Below, one piece after another: positions 39,754-51,291 of a stretch of DNA of 64,000 nt. The position numbers were made by a program, and so were the translations under genes. The notes under the pieces were generated by a model. That model worked only from the letters and a program-made list of their open reading frames with translations, ran no database searches and was not told the origin of the DNA. The first letter of the stretch is position 1; each line of letters begins with the position of its first letter. The DNA is from Heterodontus francisci (taxonomy: Eukaryota), in NCBI RefSeq assembly GCF_036365525.1, contig NC_090374.1, forward strand, positions 144,547,288 through 144,611,287, given 5' to 3'.

Positions 39754-40122
39754 GTGCAATACCAGTGACTGCAACTCCAATTCCCCATTCACCAACAGTT
39801 CCATATGTTACCTCCTGTCTGTCACTGACCATCACGACGTCTGCTTGGCCACAATGCAAAAAAGCCCCCACAAAATAAACATTCCAAACCAAACCACCAT
39901 GCCATATATCATACAAATGTAAACTAATCATCTTGATGCATTCGCTTAGTGTTGATCTTCTATTTGCCTTTGCCTGTCCTAGTATTCCTACACAATGGTA
40001 TTCCAGTGGCTGCAGCATGGCTGGTGGAAAACTGTTGACTTTCACTGGGAGAGACTACAGATGAACTAGCAGGATGCCCTTGAGCAACTATGGATCTAGA
40101 CGGCCTAATTTCAGACTTCACT

Positions 40123-40466
40123 ATTAGATTAGATTAGAGATACAGCACTGAAACAGGCCCTTCGGCCCACCGAGTCTGTGCCGAACATCAACCACCCATT
40201 TATACTAATCCCATATTCCTACCAAACATCCCCACCTGTCCCTATATTTCCCTACCACCTACCTATACTAGTGACAATTTATAATGGCCAATTTACCTAT
40301 CAACCTGCAAGTCTTTTGGCTTGTGGGAGGAAACCGGAGCACCCGGAGAAAACCCACGCAGACACAGGGAGAACTTGCAAACTCCACACAGGCAGTACCC
40401 GGAATCGAACCCAGGTCCCTGGAGCTGTGAAGCTGCGGTGCTAACCACTGCGCCACTGTGCTGCCC
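40123..40466 (-). mobile_element. HE1/V-SINE-type SINE inserted in the Harbinger remnant
   Basis: Near-identical to 3003-3343. Confidence 0.88.
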
Positions 40467-41644
40467 TAATCTTGGCATGGGCAGCAGCTTTCAAGGCTGG
40501 CTGGCAGGCAACAGCAAGGGCACTAACAGGAGGATAAATGATGTCATCCTGAGTGAGGACTGCAGGTTTGTGGTCCACGGAGCCACTGCCTCTCCCCCGG
40601 GTCGATACCTCAGCAATCCTAGTAATCTGTTGGAGGATAGATTACTGGATTTCTGTGACATCTTGCGAGCCTCTTTAAACACTGGTATCTGCAGACACAA
40701 TGAAAGCAGTCTGAGCTTGCAGGGCAACAAACCGACCTAGCATGACTTCAGTCTGAGCTTCCATTGCAACACTCTGAATTCTGGTGAAAGCTGTTTGTGC
40801 TGCAATGGAAGCTAAGACATTGGCCAACAGATGCTGCATCATGGTTGGATACACAAGTGTGGTAATGGAGTTGGTCACCACTTCCACGCTGGAGAGAATG
40901 GGCTCCAAGCACTACCCTGAGCCAAGCTCGTGACATTGACCGCAGGCTTTCCTGGCAGGCTTCCCAGTGCATCCATCATTTTGTTTTGCATACCCATCAT
41001 CGTTCTTCTGTAAGCTGCCCCATAATTCCTCAATCTTGAAAAGAATGGTAATCCTGAAGAGTTAATTTAAAATATTTACCCCAAAGTACTCGGAATAGCT
41101 TTATTCCTTTTAATGTTACAAAACCTTTCATTAATCAGGTGTTGACTGTCGTGGAAACAGCTGTGTATAAAAGGAGTGGGTGGGGATTTTCCTGAGAACG
41201 AACAATAAAAAAAACTGGACTTAAATCAATTTCATATCAGTATGCACGATGTCACACAAATGAGTGTGTGGACTATTTTTAGAACACTGGTTAACATGTT
41301 CCTATCAGATTCCAGTTTCCACTTTGCAACTCAATTATTAAACCAATTCAAATAAATAAGTTAATCGAGGTGTTAACACAAGTAAATAGGAATTGAAAAG
41401 AAACATGCGAACCAGTGGGATAACATACTATACTGAGGCAATTAATCCCCTCAGTTATTATTATTGTGCCCTGCTTTATTATATTGGGTTATTAGTGCTG
41501 ATGCAGAAGAATGCTTCCCATCAAGTTAATGGCAAGAAAATCAGATGGGGTCAATTCAACATCGACTGCTTTATGCTATTGCCCATGATGAATTTATAAC
41601 CAAAGAGAAGTGACACTATCCTGGAGAGAACAGTTCATTGGTTA

Positions 41645-42060
41645 GTACCTCCACCACTGAATTCTACATCTACTCCCTCCACCACTGCAAACTGTTGTTA
41701 CAATATCCACAATCCACAGGAAGCCTGCACCAACTCACCAAGTTTTCTTTGACAGCATCTTCCTCCTTTGTGAAATCTACCATTAGAAGGATGACAGTGG
41801 AAGTGTCACAGGAACATCATCTGCTCCAAGTTCTCCTCCAAGTCACACATCATCCAACTTGGACATATACAGCTGTCCCATCATTGTCATTGGATCAGAA
41901 TCCAGGAACACTCTATCTAGCATCATTGTTGGATCACAATCTCCATATGGATTACAGTGGCTCACTGAACAGACCCACTACCCCCTTCACCGAGCAAATA
42001 GGGATAAGCAATAAATGCAGCTTTGCCTACGTCACCCATTAGCAGAGAACAAATAAAAAA
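41645..42060 (+). mobile_element. Old LINE family B 3' end
   Basis: Decayed homology to 16520-16936 including gcaataaatgc...cacccat tail. Confidence 0.65.
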
Positions 42061-42211
42061 GATTTGGAACACAATGTTCCCTTTATTGAAATATCCTGCA
42101 GACAAAATATCTCAATGTGTCAGAGTGGAATCAAGGTCATTTTTAGTTAAATTTTAGTCTCTGTTAGTACATTTTGGTTAGATACAGATGCAAGTACAGA
42201 GTAGCTTCATC

Positions 42212-42945
42212 GGCCGGAATTTCACACCCCTTGGGAGTAGGCTAGGAGGTGGGGTAGGGCGTTAGATTGAGTGGTAGACAGGGGGGTGTCATGCATGTTG
42301 CCTACCTGCTCCTGCTGCTACTTCACCAGTGGTGGGGAAAATGGCAATCAGCCCTCCTGCCTTTAGGCTAATTGAGGCCCTTAAGTGGCCAATTAAGGGC
42401 CTCTTCCGTCCGCTGCTGGTATTTTACCAGCGACGGATGGCCACTTCACCACCTGAGGAGGCCATCTAGTAATACCTGGCGGTCTCCTTGTGGGCTGAGG
42501 GAGCCCTCCTGATCGGGCATCCTGTACCCCACAAAGGGTCCCCTCGGCAACATGGGCCACCCCCGCTAAAATTAACCCCCTTGCCTTGCTCTCCAACCCA
42601 CCACTACCCCTCGCCAGGGACTAGCTGATTATCCCCGGTGAGCTGCGATCCCCACTTACCTCTTTGAAGGGCGATGTCCATCATTCTTCTTCTTGCTGGG
42701 TGGAGTCCCAGTAGTGACATCACTCCCAATGGCACTGCTGGGACCTTGGATTGGCCAGCACCACTTAGAGGCAGGACATCTTGCCTCAGAGGGGTTGGGG
42801 GGGGTGGGGGGGGGCCCAACTTCTTCCATTTAAGGGCCTGGGCCACACAAAATAGCATTGTGGCTTCCAGGCATGGGGGAGGTGGGCTCTCCCACAAATT
42901 CTCAGCCAGTGGGCGGGGCCACCGCCTCCTCGTGAAATCCCAGCC
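42212..42945. mobile_element. Non-autonomous Harbinger-like MITE
   Basis: TIRs ggccggaatttcac / gtgaaatcccagcc; internal ccttaagtggccaattaa block shared with other MITEs. Confidence 0.75.
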
Positions 42946-43214
42946 ATAATCACCGCTACCTTTATCACTAAAATTAGTGAAGATAATACACCTGCTGTAT
43001 GAAAACAATTCAACACAGAAAAACGGGAACTAGCAGAGGCTCATGTCTCTGTTATATCTGCAGACCAACATGTTGACCATTCATCTGTCTTAAGGAGATT
43101 GAATTTATCTGGGGCTCCTATGGAAAAAATACACAATCTCCACTATCTACCCTAACTGGCTTCATTTATTTTCCATCCTGTCTTTAACTTTTCAGTTTCC
43201 CAAAACTGCTGAAT

Positions 43215-44112
43215 GAACAAAGAACAAAGAAAATTATAGCACAGGAACAGGCCCTTCGGCCCTCCAAGCCTGCGCCGATCCAGATCCTCTATCTAAACCT
43301 GTCGCCTATTTTCTAAGGGTCTGTATCTCTTTGCTTCCTGCCCACTCATGTATCTGTCTAGATACATCTGAAAAGACGCTATCGTGCCCACGTCTACCAC
43401 CTCCGCTGGCAATGCATTCCAGGCACCCACCACCCTCTGCGTAAAGAACTTTCCACGCATATCCCCCCTAAACTTTTCCCCTCTCACTTTGAACTCGTGA
43501 CCCCTAGTAATTGAATCCCCCACTCTGGGGAAAAAGCTTCTTGCTATCCAACCTGTCTATACCTCTCATGATTTTGTACACCTCAATAAGGTCCCCTCTC
43601 AACCTCCGTCTTTCTAATGAAAATAATCCTAATCTACTCAACCTCTCTTCATAGCTAGCGCCCTCCATACCAGGCAACACCCTGGTGAACCTCCTCTGCA
43701 CCCTCTCCAAAGCATCCACATCCTTTTGGTAATGTGGCGACCAGAACTGCACGCAGTATTCCAAATGTGGCCGAACCAAAGTCTTATACAACTGTAACAT
43801 GACCTGCCAACTCTTGTACTCAATACCCCGTCCGATGAAGGAAAGCATGCCGTATGCCTTCTTGACCACTCTATTGACCTGCGTTGCCACCTTCAGGGAA
43901 CCATGGACCTGAATACCCAAATCTCTCTGCACATCAATTTTCCCCAGGACTTTTCCATTTATTGTATAGTCCACTCTTGAATTGGATCTTCCAAAATGCA
44001 TCACCTCGCATTTGCCCTGATTGAACTCCATCTGCCATTTCTCTGCCCAACTTTCCAATCTATCTATATTCTGCTGTATTCTCTGACAGTCCCCTTCACT
44101 ATCTGCTACTCT
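43215..44112 (-). mobile_element. 5'-truncated young CR1 (same subfamily as 17756-22058)
   Basis: Near-identical to 17756-18625. Confidence 0.92.
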
Positions 44113-44696
44113 TAACCACATTGTATTGGAATAGACTCACACAGGATAGTAACAACAGCAGTACTTTATTCCAAAATCTTTGAGTTTTCACTTGCTTGCC
44201 AGGCTGCATGTGTTCTTTGGACAGCCAGTTCCCACTGGTCTGCACTGGCACCCACTTCATTTATACTCATTCAGCACTCCCCCTCCTGGCCTTTTAAGTT
44301 TATTGCACCAATCTGACTTAACTGCCTTACATCCTAACTACAACATGACCTATCAACCGTAGGAACTGTCTATAAAAGATGTTACAGGTCAAATAGATTA
44401 AGTAATTATTTATGTGGCAACTGTGAAAAAGTTTTTTTAAAAACTTGCTCAGCATCGGATGTCACTTTGTACTGTATTCAGCAATAGAAGCCAAGTGCCA
44501 TCACAGCACTGAAGAATGACAGTATATTGCGCAGAATGTCTTCATCGATGTCTTTGCCTTGCCGAAAGCATCAGAACATTACATACTCCCACTTTGTAAA
44601 GATTGAGACAATACTGCAGCAGGGCAGTGAAAGGTAATTCGCAGGAACACAGAACATTCAGTACAATAATGACTGTGACAAAAACTAAACTGGAGT

Positions 44697-44931
44697 AAAT
44701 AAAAACATAAAGTGCTGGAAATACTCAGCAGGTCTGACAGCATCTGTGAAAAGAGAAGCAGAGTTAACGTTTCAGATTAGTCACCTTTCTTCAGAACTTT
44801 TTGATGAAAAGTCACTGATCTGAAATGTTAACTCTGTTTCTCTCTCCACAGATGCTGCCAGACTTGCTGAGTATTTTCGGAATCTTCTGGTTTTATTACA
44901 GATTTCCAGCATCTGCAGTATCTTGCTTTTA
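44697..44931. mobile_element. Inverted (fold-back) pair of Penelope pLTR fragments
   Basis: 44697-44798 is the reverse complement of ~44799-44897; homologous to 34191-34328. Confidence 0.85.
44762..44798 (-). ncRNA. Minimal type I hammerhead motif (CUGAAGA...GAAACGUU)
   Basis: Minus strand agtt-ctgaaga-aaggtgactaatct-gaaa-cgtt-aact; stem II degenerate. Confidence 0.6.
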
Positions 44932-44979
44932 TGTTACTATACCGGAGTAAGTTGATCACTGCAAATAGCTGTAGTCTTA

Positions 44980-45278
44980 TTTATTTTATTTACAGACACA
45001 GCACTGAAACAGGCCCTTCGGCCCACCGAGTCTGTGCCGACCAAGAACCACCCATTTATACTAACCCTATAGTAATCCCATATTCCCTACCACCTACCTA
45101 CACTAGGGCCAATTTACCCATCACCTGCAAGTCTTTGGCGGTGGGAGGAAACCGGAGCACCCGGCGTAAACCCACACGGTCACAGGAAGAACTTGCAAAC
45201 TCCGCACAGGCAGTACCCAGAATCGAACCCGGGTCCCTGGAGCTGTGAGGCTGCGGTGCTAACCACTGCGCCGCTGTG
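44980..45278 (-). mobile_element. HE1/V-SINE-type SINE
   Basis: Homologous to the 61887-62213 subfamily. Confidence 0.88.
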
Positions 45279-45349
45279 AGCATAAATGTCAATTTAATAC
45301 CATGTATTCGTGACAATCCAGAAGTACTGGAAAAGAAAATGTCTTGAGT

Positions 45350-46000
45350 AGTAACTAGTTAGTATAAGACAATCCTGTAATCAGTAACCAGCTAGTGTAA
45401 AAAAAATCCCACTGGTAAAATGCTGTAATTAGTAACCAGTTAGTATAACTATTTCCACTGGCAACACCCAGTTACTATAATTATCCAAGCTAGTATGGTA
45501 AACATTCGTGATGGGAATTTAAGTGTAAATATTCCTAATCCCCAGTTAGTGTAACTATCCCCTGGTTGTATCCGATTAGTGTAACTAACTCTTATGGCTG
45601 TTCCTGGTTAGTGTAAATATACCCACTGGTAGTACTCATTAGTGTAAACAACTCTGTTAGCTGGACCAGGTTAAGGTAAATATCACGGGTGACAGTATCC
45701 ATTAAAGTAACAAAGTAATTCATGACAATGCTACGTCATCGCACACGTCATCAGGATGCGCCGCGGTGCGCACATGCGCAGACGGTCTCATGCCCCCTGC
45801 GCATGCGTTGCGGTCCGGCTTACCAGGACCGCTTTGCGCATGCGCAGATGACTTAAAGTAATTACACTTGCTAGCAGTACCTGGTTGGTATAAATATATC
45901 TGCTGGTGGTTATAGGCTAGTGTAAATGTCCCGATGAGCCATACCAGGTTAGTGTAAATGCCTTCACTGGCAGTTCCTAGTTAGTGTTAATATCCCTGAT
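45350..46000. repeat. Degenerate ~31-32 bp minisatellite with TTAGTGTAAAT core
   Basis: Core at 45547, 45577, 45609, 45640, 45672, 45703, (insert), 45854, 45886, 45918, 45950, 45982. Confidence 0.8.
45711..45852. mobile_element. 142-bp CpG-rich palindromic insertion of unknown family
   Basis: Flanked by TTAAAGTAA (45702-10, 45853-61); removing it restores the satellite period. Confidence 0.7.
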
Positions 46001-46071
46001 CAAAGATGTTTATTGTATTAAGATGCTCATATTACACATGTCCCTTTTTAGTTATTAATAATATATATAAT

Positions 46072-46308
46072 ATATAAACAAGAAATGCTGGAAATACTCA
46101 GCAGGTCCGGCAGCATCTGTGGAGAGAGAAGCAGAGTTAACATTTCAGGTCAGTGACCCTTCATCAGAACTGGCAAATGTTAGAAATGTAATAGGTTTGA
46201 AGCAAATAAAGCAGGGGTGGGGCAAGAGATAACAAAAGGGAAGGTGTTGATAGGACAGAGGGTCACAGAGAATAACTGACCAGAAGCTCATGGAGCAAAG
46301 GCAAATGG
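46072..46308 (-). mobile_element. Penelope pLTR fragment
   Basis: Reverse complement of ~34060-34290. Confidence 0.88.
46135..46171 (-). ncRNA. Minimal type I hammerhead motif with intact CUGAUGA/GAAA core
   Basis: Minus strand agtt-ctgatga-agggtcactgacct-gaaa-tgtt-aact; stem I agtt/aact, stem II ggtc(a)/(t)gacc. Confidence 0.7.
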
Positions 46309-46492
46309 TTTTTAGTCTCTTTTTAGTTATCAGACTTCCTTAACAGAAGGCTGGTACTGCTGATGCTTCTAACTAATGTAAATCAACTGAATAATAAGCA
46401 CTCAAGTCACAAAATGCTTAGCAGGGAGTATTTATTGATTAATATAGGGTAGCTACTAAATTCCACTTCTAGATAGAAAAAAAAAACTCCAT

Positions 46493-49400
46493 AACGTAAC
46501 TCCTTTATTCAAAAAGGGAGGGAGACCGGAAGCAGGAAACTACAGCCAGTTAGCTTAACATCGGTCTTAGGGAAAATGTTAGAAGCTATTATTAAAGACG
46601 TTATAGTAGGGCACTTAGGAAAATTCAAGATAATCAGGCAGAGTCAACATGGTCCTGTGAAAGGGAAATCATGTTTAACCAACTTATTGGAGTTCTTTGA
46701 AGAAGTACCATGTGCTGTGGATAAAGGGAAACCGGTGGATGCACTGGACTTAGATTTCTAGAAGGCATTTGAAAAGGTGCCACATCAAAGGTTATTGCAG
46801 AAAATAAAAGCTCACTGTGTAGGGAGCAACATATCGGCATGTTTAGAAGATGGGCTAGCTAACAGGAAACAGAGAGTAGGCATAAATGTGTCATTTTCCG
46901 GTTGGCAAGATGTAACGAGTGTGTGCTGCAGGGATCAGTGTTGGGGCCTCAACCTTTTACAATTTATATAAATGACCTCGATGAAGGTACCAAAGGTATT
47001 ATTGCTAAATTTGATGACACAACGATACGTAGGAAAGTAAGTTGCGAAGAGGACGTAAGGGAGCTACAAAGGGACATAGATAGGTTAAATGAGTGGGAAA
47101 AGATCTGGCAAATGGAATATAAATTTGGGAAAATGTGAACTTTTCCATTTGACAGGAAGAATAAAAAAGAAGCATATTATCTAAATGGTGAGAGATTGCA
47201 GAGGGATCTGGGTGTCCTGGTGCATGAATTGCAAAAGGTAAATATGCATTTTTAGCAAGTAATTAGGAAAGCTAATAGAATGTTATCATTTATTGCAAGG
47301 GGAATTGAATACAAAAGTAGGGAGGTTATGCCTCTGTTATACAGGGCATTGGACTACATCTGGTGTACTGTTACACTATTGGTCTCCTTATTTAAGGAAG
47401 GATGTAAATGCATTGGAAGCAGTTCAGAGAAGGTTCACTAGACTATTACCTAGAATAGGTGGGTTGTCTTATGAGGAAAGATTGGACAAGCTAGGCTTGT
47501 ATCTGCTGGAATTTAGAAGAGTAAGAGGCAACTTGATTGAAACATATAAGATCCTGATGGTTCTTGACAGGGTGGTTATGGAAAGGATGTTTCCCCTTGT
47601 GGGAGAATCTAGAACAAGGGGTCACTATATGAAAATTTGGATCGCCCATTTAAGATAGAGATGAGGAGAAATTTTTTCTCAGAGGGTCGTGTGTTTTTCC
47701 AACTCTCTTCCTTAAAGGGCAGTGGAAGCAGAGTCTTTAAATTTTTTTAAAATTTCATTCATGGGATGTAGGCATCACAGGCTATGCCAGCATTTATTAC
47801 CCATCCCCAATTGCCCTCGAGAAGGTGGAGGTGAGCTGTCTTCTTGAACTGCTGCAGTCCATTTGGGGTAGGTACACCCACAGTGCTGTGAGGAAGGGAG
47901 TTCCAGGATTTTGACCCAGCGACAGTGAAAGAATGGCGATACAGTTCCAAGTCAGGACGGTGTGTGACTTGGAGGGGAACTTGGTGGTGTTCCCATGCAT
48001 TTGCTGCCCATGTCCTTCTAGTCGGTAGAGGTCGCGGGTTTGGAAGGTGCTGTCTAAGGAGCCTTGGTGCATTGCTGCAGTGCATCTTGGAGATGGTACA
48101 CACTGTTGCCACTGTGTATCGGCGTTGGAGGGAGTGAATGTTTGCAGATGGGGTGCCAATGAAGCGGGCTGCTTTGTCCTGGATGCCAAAGGTATCAAGG
48201 GATTATGGGGAGAAAGCGGGAACAGGGTACTGAATTAGATGATCAGCTATGATCTTTTTTGAATGGTGGAGCAGCAGGAATGGCCGAATGGCCTACTCCT
48301 GCTCCTATTATGGATGGTGTCGAGCTTCTTGAGTGTTGTTGGAGCTGCCCACATCCAGGCAAGTGGAGTGTATTCCATCACAGTCCTGATTTGTGCCTTG
48401 TAAATGGTGGACAGGCTTTGGGGAGTGAGGTGGTGAGTTACTCGCCACAGGGTTCCTAGCCTTTGACCTGCTCTTGTGGCCACGGTATTTATATGGCTAC
48501 TCCAGTTCAGTTTCTGGTCAATGGTAATTCCCACGATGTTGATGGTGGGGGATTCAGTCATGGCAATGCCATTGAATGTCAAGGGGAGATGGTTAGATTC
48601 TCTCTTGTTGGAGATGGTCATTGCCTGGCACTTGTGTGGCGCAAATGTTACTTGCGACTCATCATCCCAAGCTTGGATATTGTCCAGGTCTTGCTGCATT
48701 TCTACACGGACTGCTTCAGTATCTGAGGAGTCGCGAATGGTGCTGAACATTGTGCAATCATCAGCGAACATCCCCATTTTTGACCTTATGATTGAAGGGA
48801 GGTCATTGATGAAGCAACTGAAGATGATTGGGCCTACGACACTACCCTGAGGAACTCCTGCAGTGATGTCCTGGAGCTCAGATGATTGACCTCCAACGAC
48901 CACAACCATCTTCCTTTATGCTAGGTATGACTCCAACCAGCAAAGAGTTTTCCCCCTAATTCCCATTGACCTCAGTTTTGCTAGGGCTCCTTGATGCCAT
49001 ACTCAGTTAAATGCTGCCTTGATGTCAAGGGCAGTCACTCTCACCTCATCTCTTGCGTTCAGCTCTTTTGTTCATGTTTGAACCAAGGCCATAATGAGGT
49101 TAGGAGCCAAGTGGCCCTGGCAGAACCCAAATTGAGCATTACTGAGCAAGTTATTACTAAGCAAGTGCCGCTAGATAACACGGTCGATGACACCTTTCAT
49201 CGCTTTATTGATAATTGAGAGTAGACTGATAGGGCAGTAATTGGCCAGGTTGGACCTGTCCTGCTTTTTGTGTACAGGACGTACCTGGGCAATTTTCCCC
49301 ATTGCCGGGTAGATGCTAGTGTTGTAGCTGTACTGGAACAGCTTGGCTAGGGGTGTGGCAAGTTCTGGAGACAGGTCTTCTGTACTATTGCCGGAATATT

Positions 49401-50810
49401 GTCAGGGCCCATAGCTTTTGCAGTATCCAGTGCCTTCAGTCATTCCTTGATATCACGCGGTGTGAATCGAATTGGCTGAAGTCTGATATCTGTGATGCTG
49501 GGGACATCAGGAGGAGGCTGAGATGGATCAACAACTCGGCACTTCTGGCTGAAGATTGTTGCAAGTGTTTCAGCCTTATCTTTCGCACTGATGTGCTGGA
49601 CTCCCCCATCATTGAGGATGGGGATATTTGTGGAGCCACCTCCTCCAGTTAGTTGTTTAATTGTCCACCACCATTCACGGCTGGATGTGGCAGGACTGCA
49701 GAGCTTAGATCTGATCCGTTGGTTATGGAATCGCTTAGCTATGTCTATCACATGCTGCTTATGCAGTTTGGCACGCAGGTAAATATGTGTTGTAGCTTCA
49801 CCAGGTTGACACCTCATTTTGAGGCATGCCTGGTGCTGCTCCTCCTGCACTATTCATTGAACCAGAGTCAGTCTCCTGGCTTGATGGTAATGGTAGAGTG
49901 GGGAATATGCCGGGCCACGAGGTTACAGATTGTGGTTGAGTACAATTCTGCTGCTACTGATAGCCCACAGCGCCTCATGGATGCCCAGTTTTGCATTGCT
50001 AGATCTGTTCGAAATCTATCCCATTTAGCACGGTGGTAGTGCCACACAACACGATGGAGGGTATCCTCAACGTGAAGGCGGAACTTCGTCTCCACAAGGA
50101 CTGTGAGGTGGTCACTCCTACCAATACTGTCATTGACAGATGCACCTGCGGCAGGCAGATTGATGAGGACAAGGTCAAGTAGGTTTTTCCCTCACCATCT
50201 GCTGCATACCCAGTCTGGCAGCTATGTCCTTTAGGACTTGGTCAGCTCGATCAGTAGTGGTGCTACCGAACCACTCTTGGTGATGGACATTGATGTCCCC
50301 CACCCAGAGTACATTCTGCAACCTTGCCACCCTCAGTGCTTCCTTCAAGTGGTGTTCAACATGGAGGAGTACTGATTCCTCAGCTGAGGGAGGGCGGTAG
50401 GTCGTAATCAGCAGGAGGTTTCCTTACCGATGTTTGATCTGATATCATGAGACTTCATGGGGTCCGGAGTCAATGTTGAGGACTCCCAGGGCAACTCCCT
50501 CCCGACTGTATACCACAGTGCTGCCACCTCTGTTGGGTCTGTCCTGCCGATGTGGCAGGACATACCCAGGGATGGTGATGGCAGCGTCTGGGACATTGTA
50601 ATGTATGATTCCGTGAGTATGACTGTGTCAGGTTATTTTTAAGGCAGAGGTAGATAGATTCTTGATAAGCAAAGGAGTGAAAGGTTATTGGGGGTAGGCA
50701 GGAATGTGGAATCGAAGTTACAATCAGATCAGCCACAGCCATGATCTCATTGAATGGCAGAGCAGGTTTGAGGGACCAAGTGGCCGACTTCTGATAATTC
50801 GTATGTTCGC
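46493..50810 (+). mobile_element. CR1 RT + 3' end (46493-47745, resumes 50632-50810), split by LINE family B
   Basis: KGKSCLTNLLEFFEE, QGSVLGP, KFDDT, ALEAVQRRFTRL; continuation ttaaggcagaggtagatagattc and tail. Confidence 0.85.
47757..50631 (-). mobile_element. Long LINE family B copy (APE + RT remnants)
   Basis: GVPQGSVVGP, FADD, WHYHRAKWDRFRTDL; tail matches 7690-7735; contains a small + strand CR1 tail at ~48186-48310 flanked by TGGATG. Confidence 0.88.
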
Positions 50811-51291
50811 AGATTTTCACTTCCCAGTCTAATTATGTCGTACAAAGTTGGAACAAAATGACCTATTATTGTTTATCCTAACATCTGCCAGCAAAATAAT
50901 GAAAATGCACAGCTCCCTCTGTGACTTAGCGTTAAGCCAAACAGATCCAAAGGTTCCAGTTTATTTCCCAGGATGAACTGAATTTGCTGATCTCGAATCA
51001 GGAAGCTGTTGGTGTATAATAGAAAGTCTATAGGATTGGGGAAAATAGAACAGCCAGAATTACAGCTGCCCATTGTTTCTCAGTCACGCGTTCTGGAAAG
51101 TGCACATTTGCAGATTTCCGGTAAGGACAGATATAGGATCTGTTGTGATGCCCAGTACAGTTGAATAACCAAAATTTACTATCAACATAAAGAATATCCT
51201 GAGGCATCAGTGGGATGTTGGTACAAGCATTATCTCAGTAAGATTTAGCACCTTCAGTAAAAGAGGGGCAAGGCCTCAAAATAAATTGTAT

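Larger units (their letters stand above)
38822..41030. mobile_element. Decayed autonomous-type PIF/Harbinger transposon
   Basis: + strand transposase remnant converging on a - strand second-gene remnant (40490-41020); gggctcatttt start resembles the MITE TIRs. Confidence 0.75.

Noticed and set aside
42776-42786. Reverse-strand AGGCAAGATGT matching the miR-31 5' end (miR-31 neighbours MTAP in mammals)
   Set aside because: Match stops after 11 nt, lies inside a MITE and has no precursor hairpin
45350-46000. CRISPR-like array (conserved core with variable spacers)
   Set aside because: Vertebrate intron, no cas genes, repeats degenerate and spacers homologous to one another; it is a minisatellite
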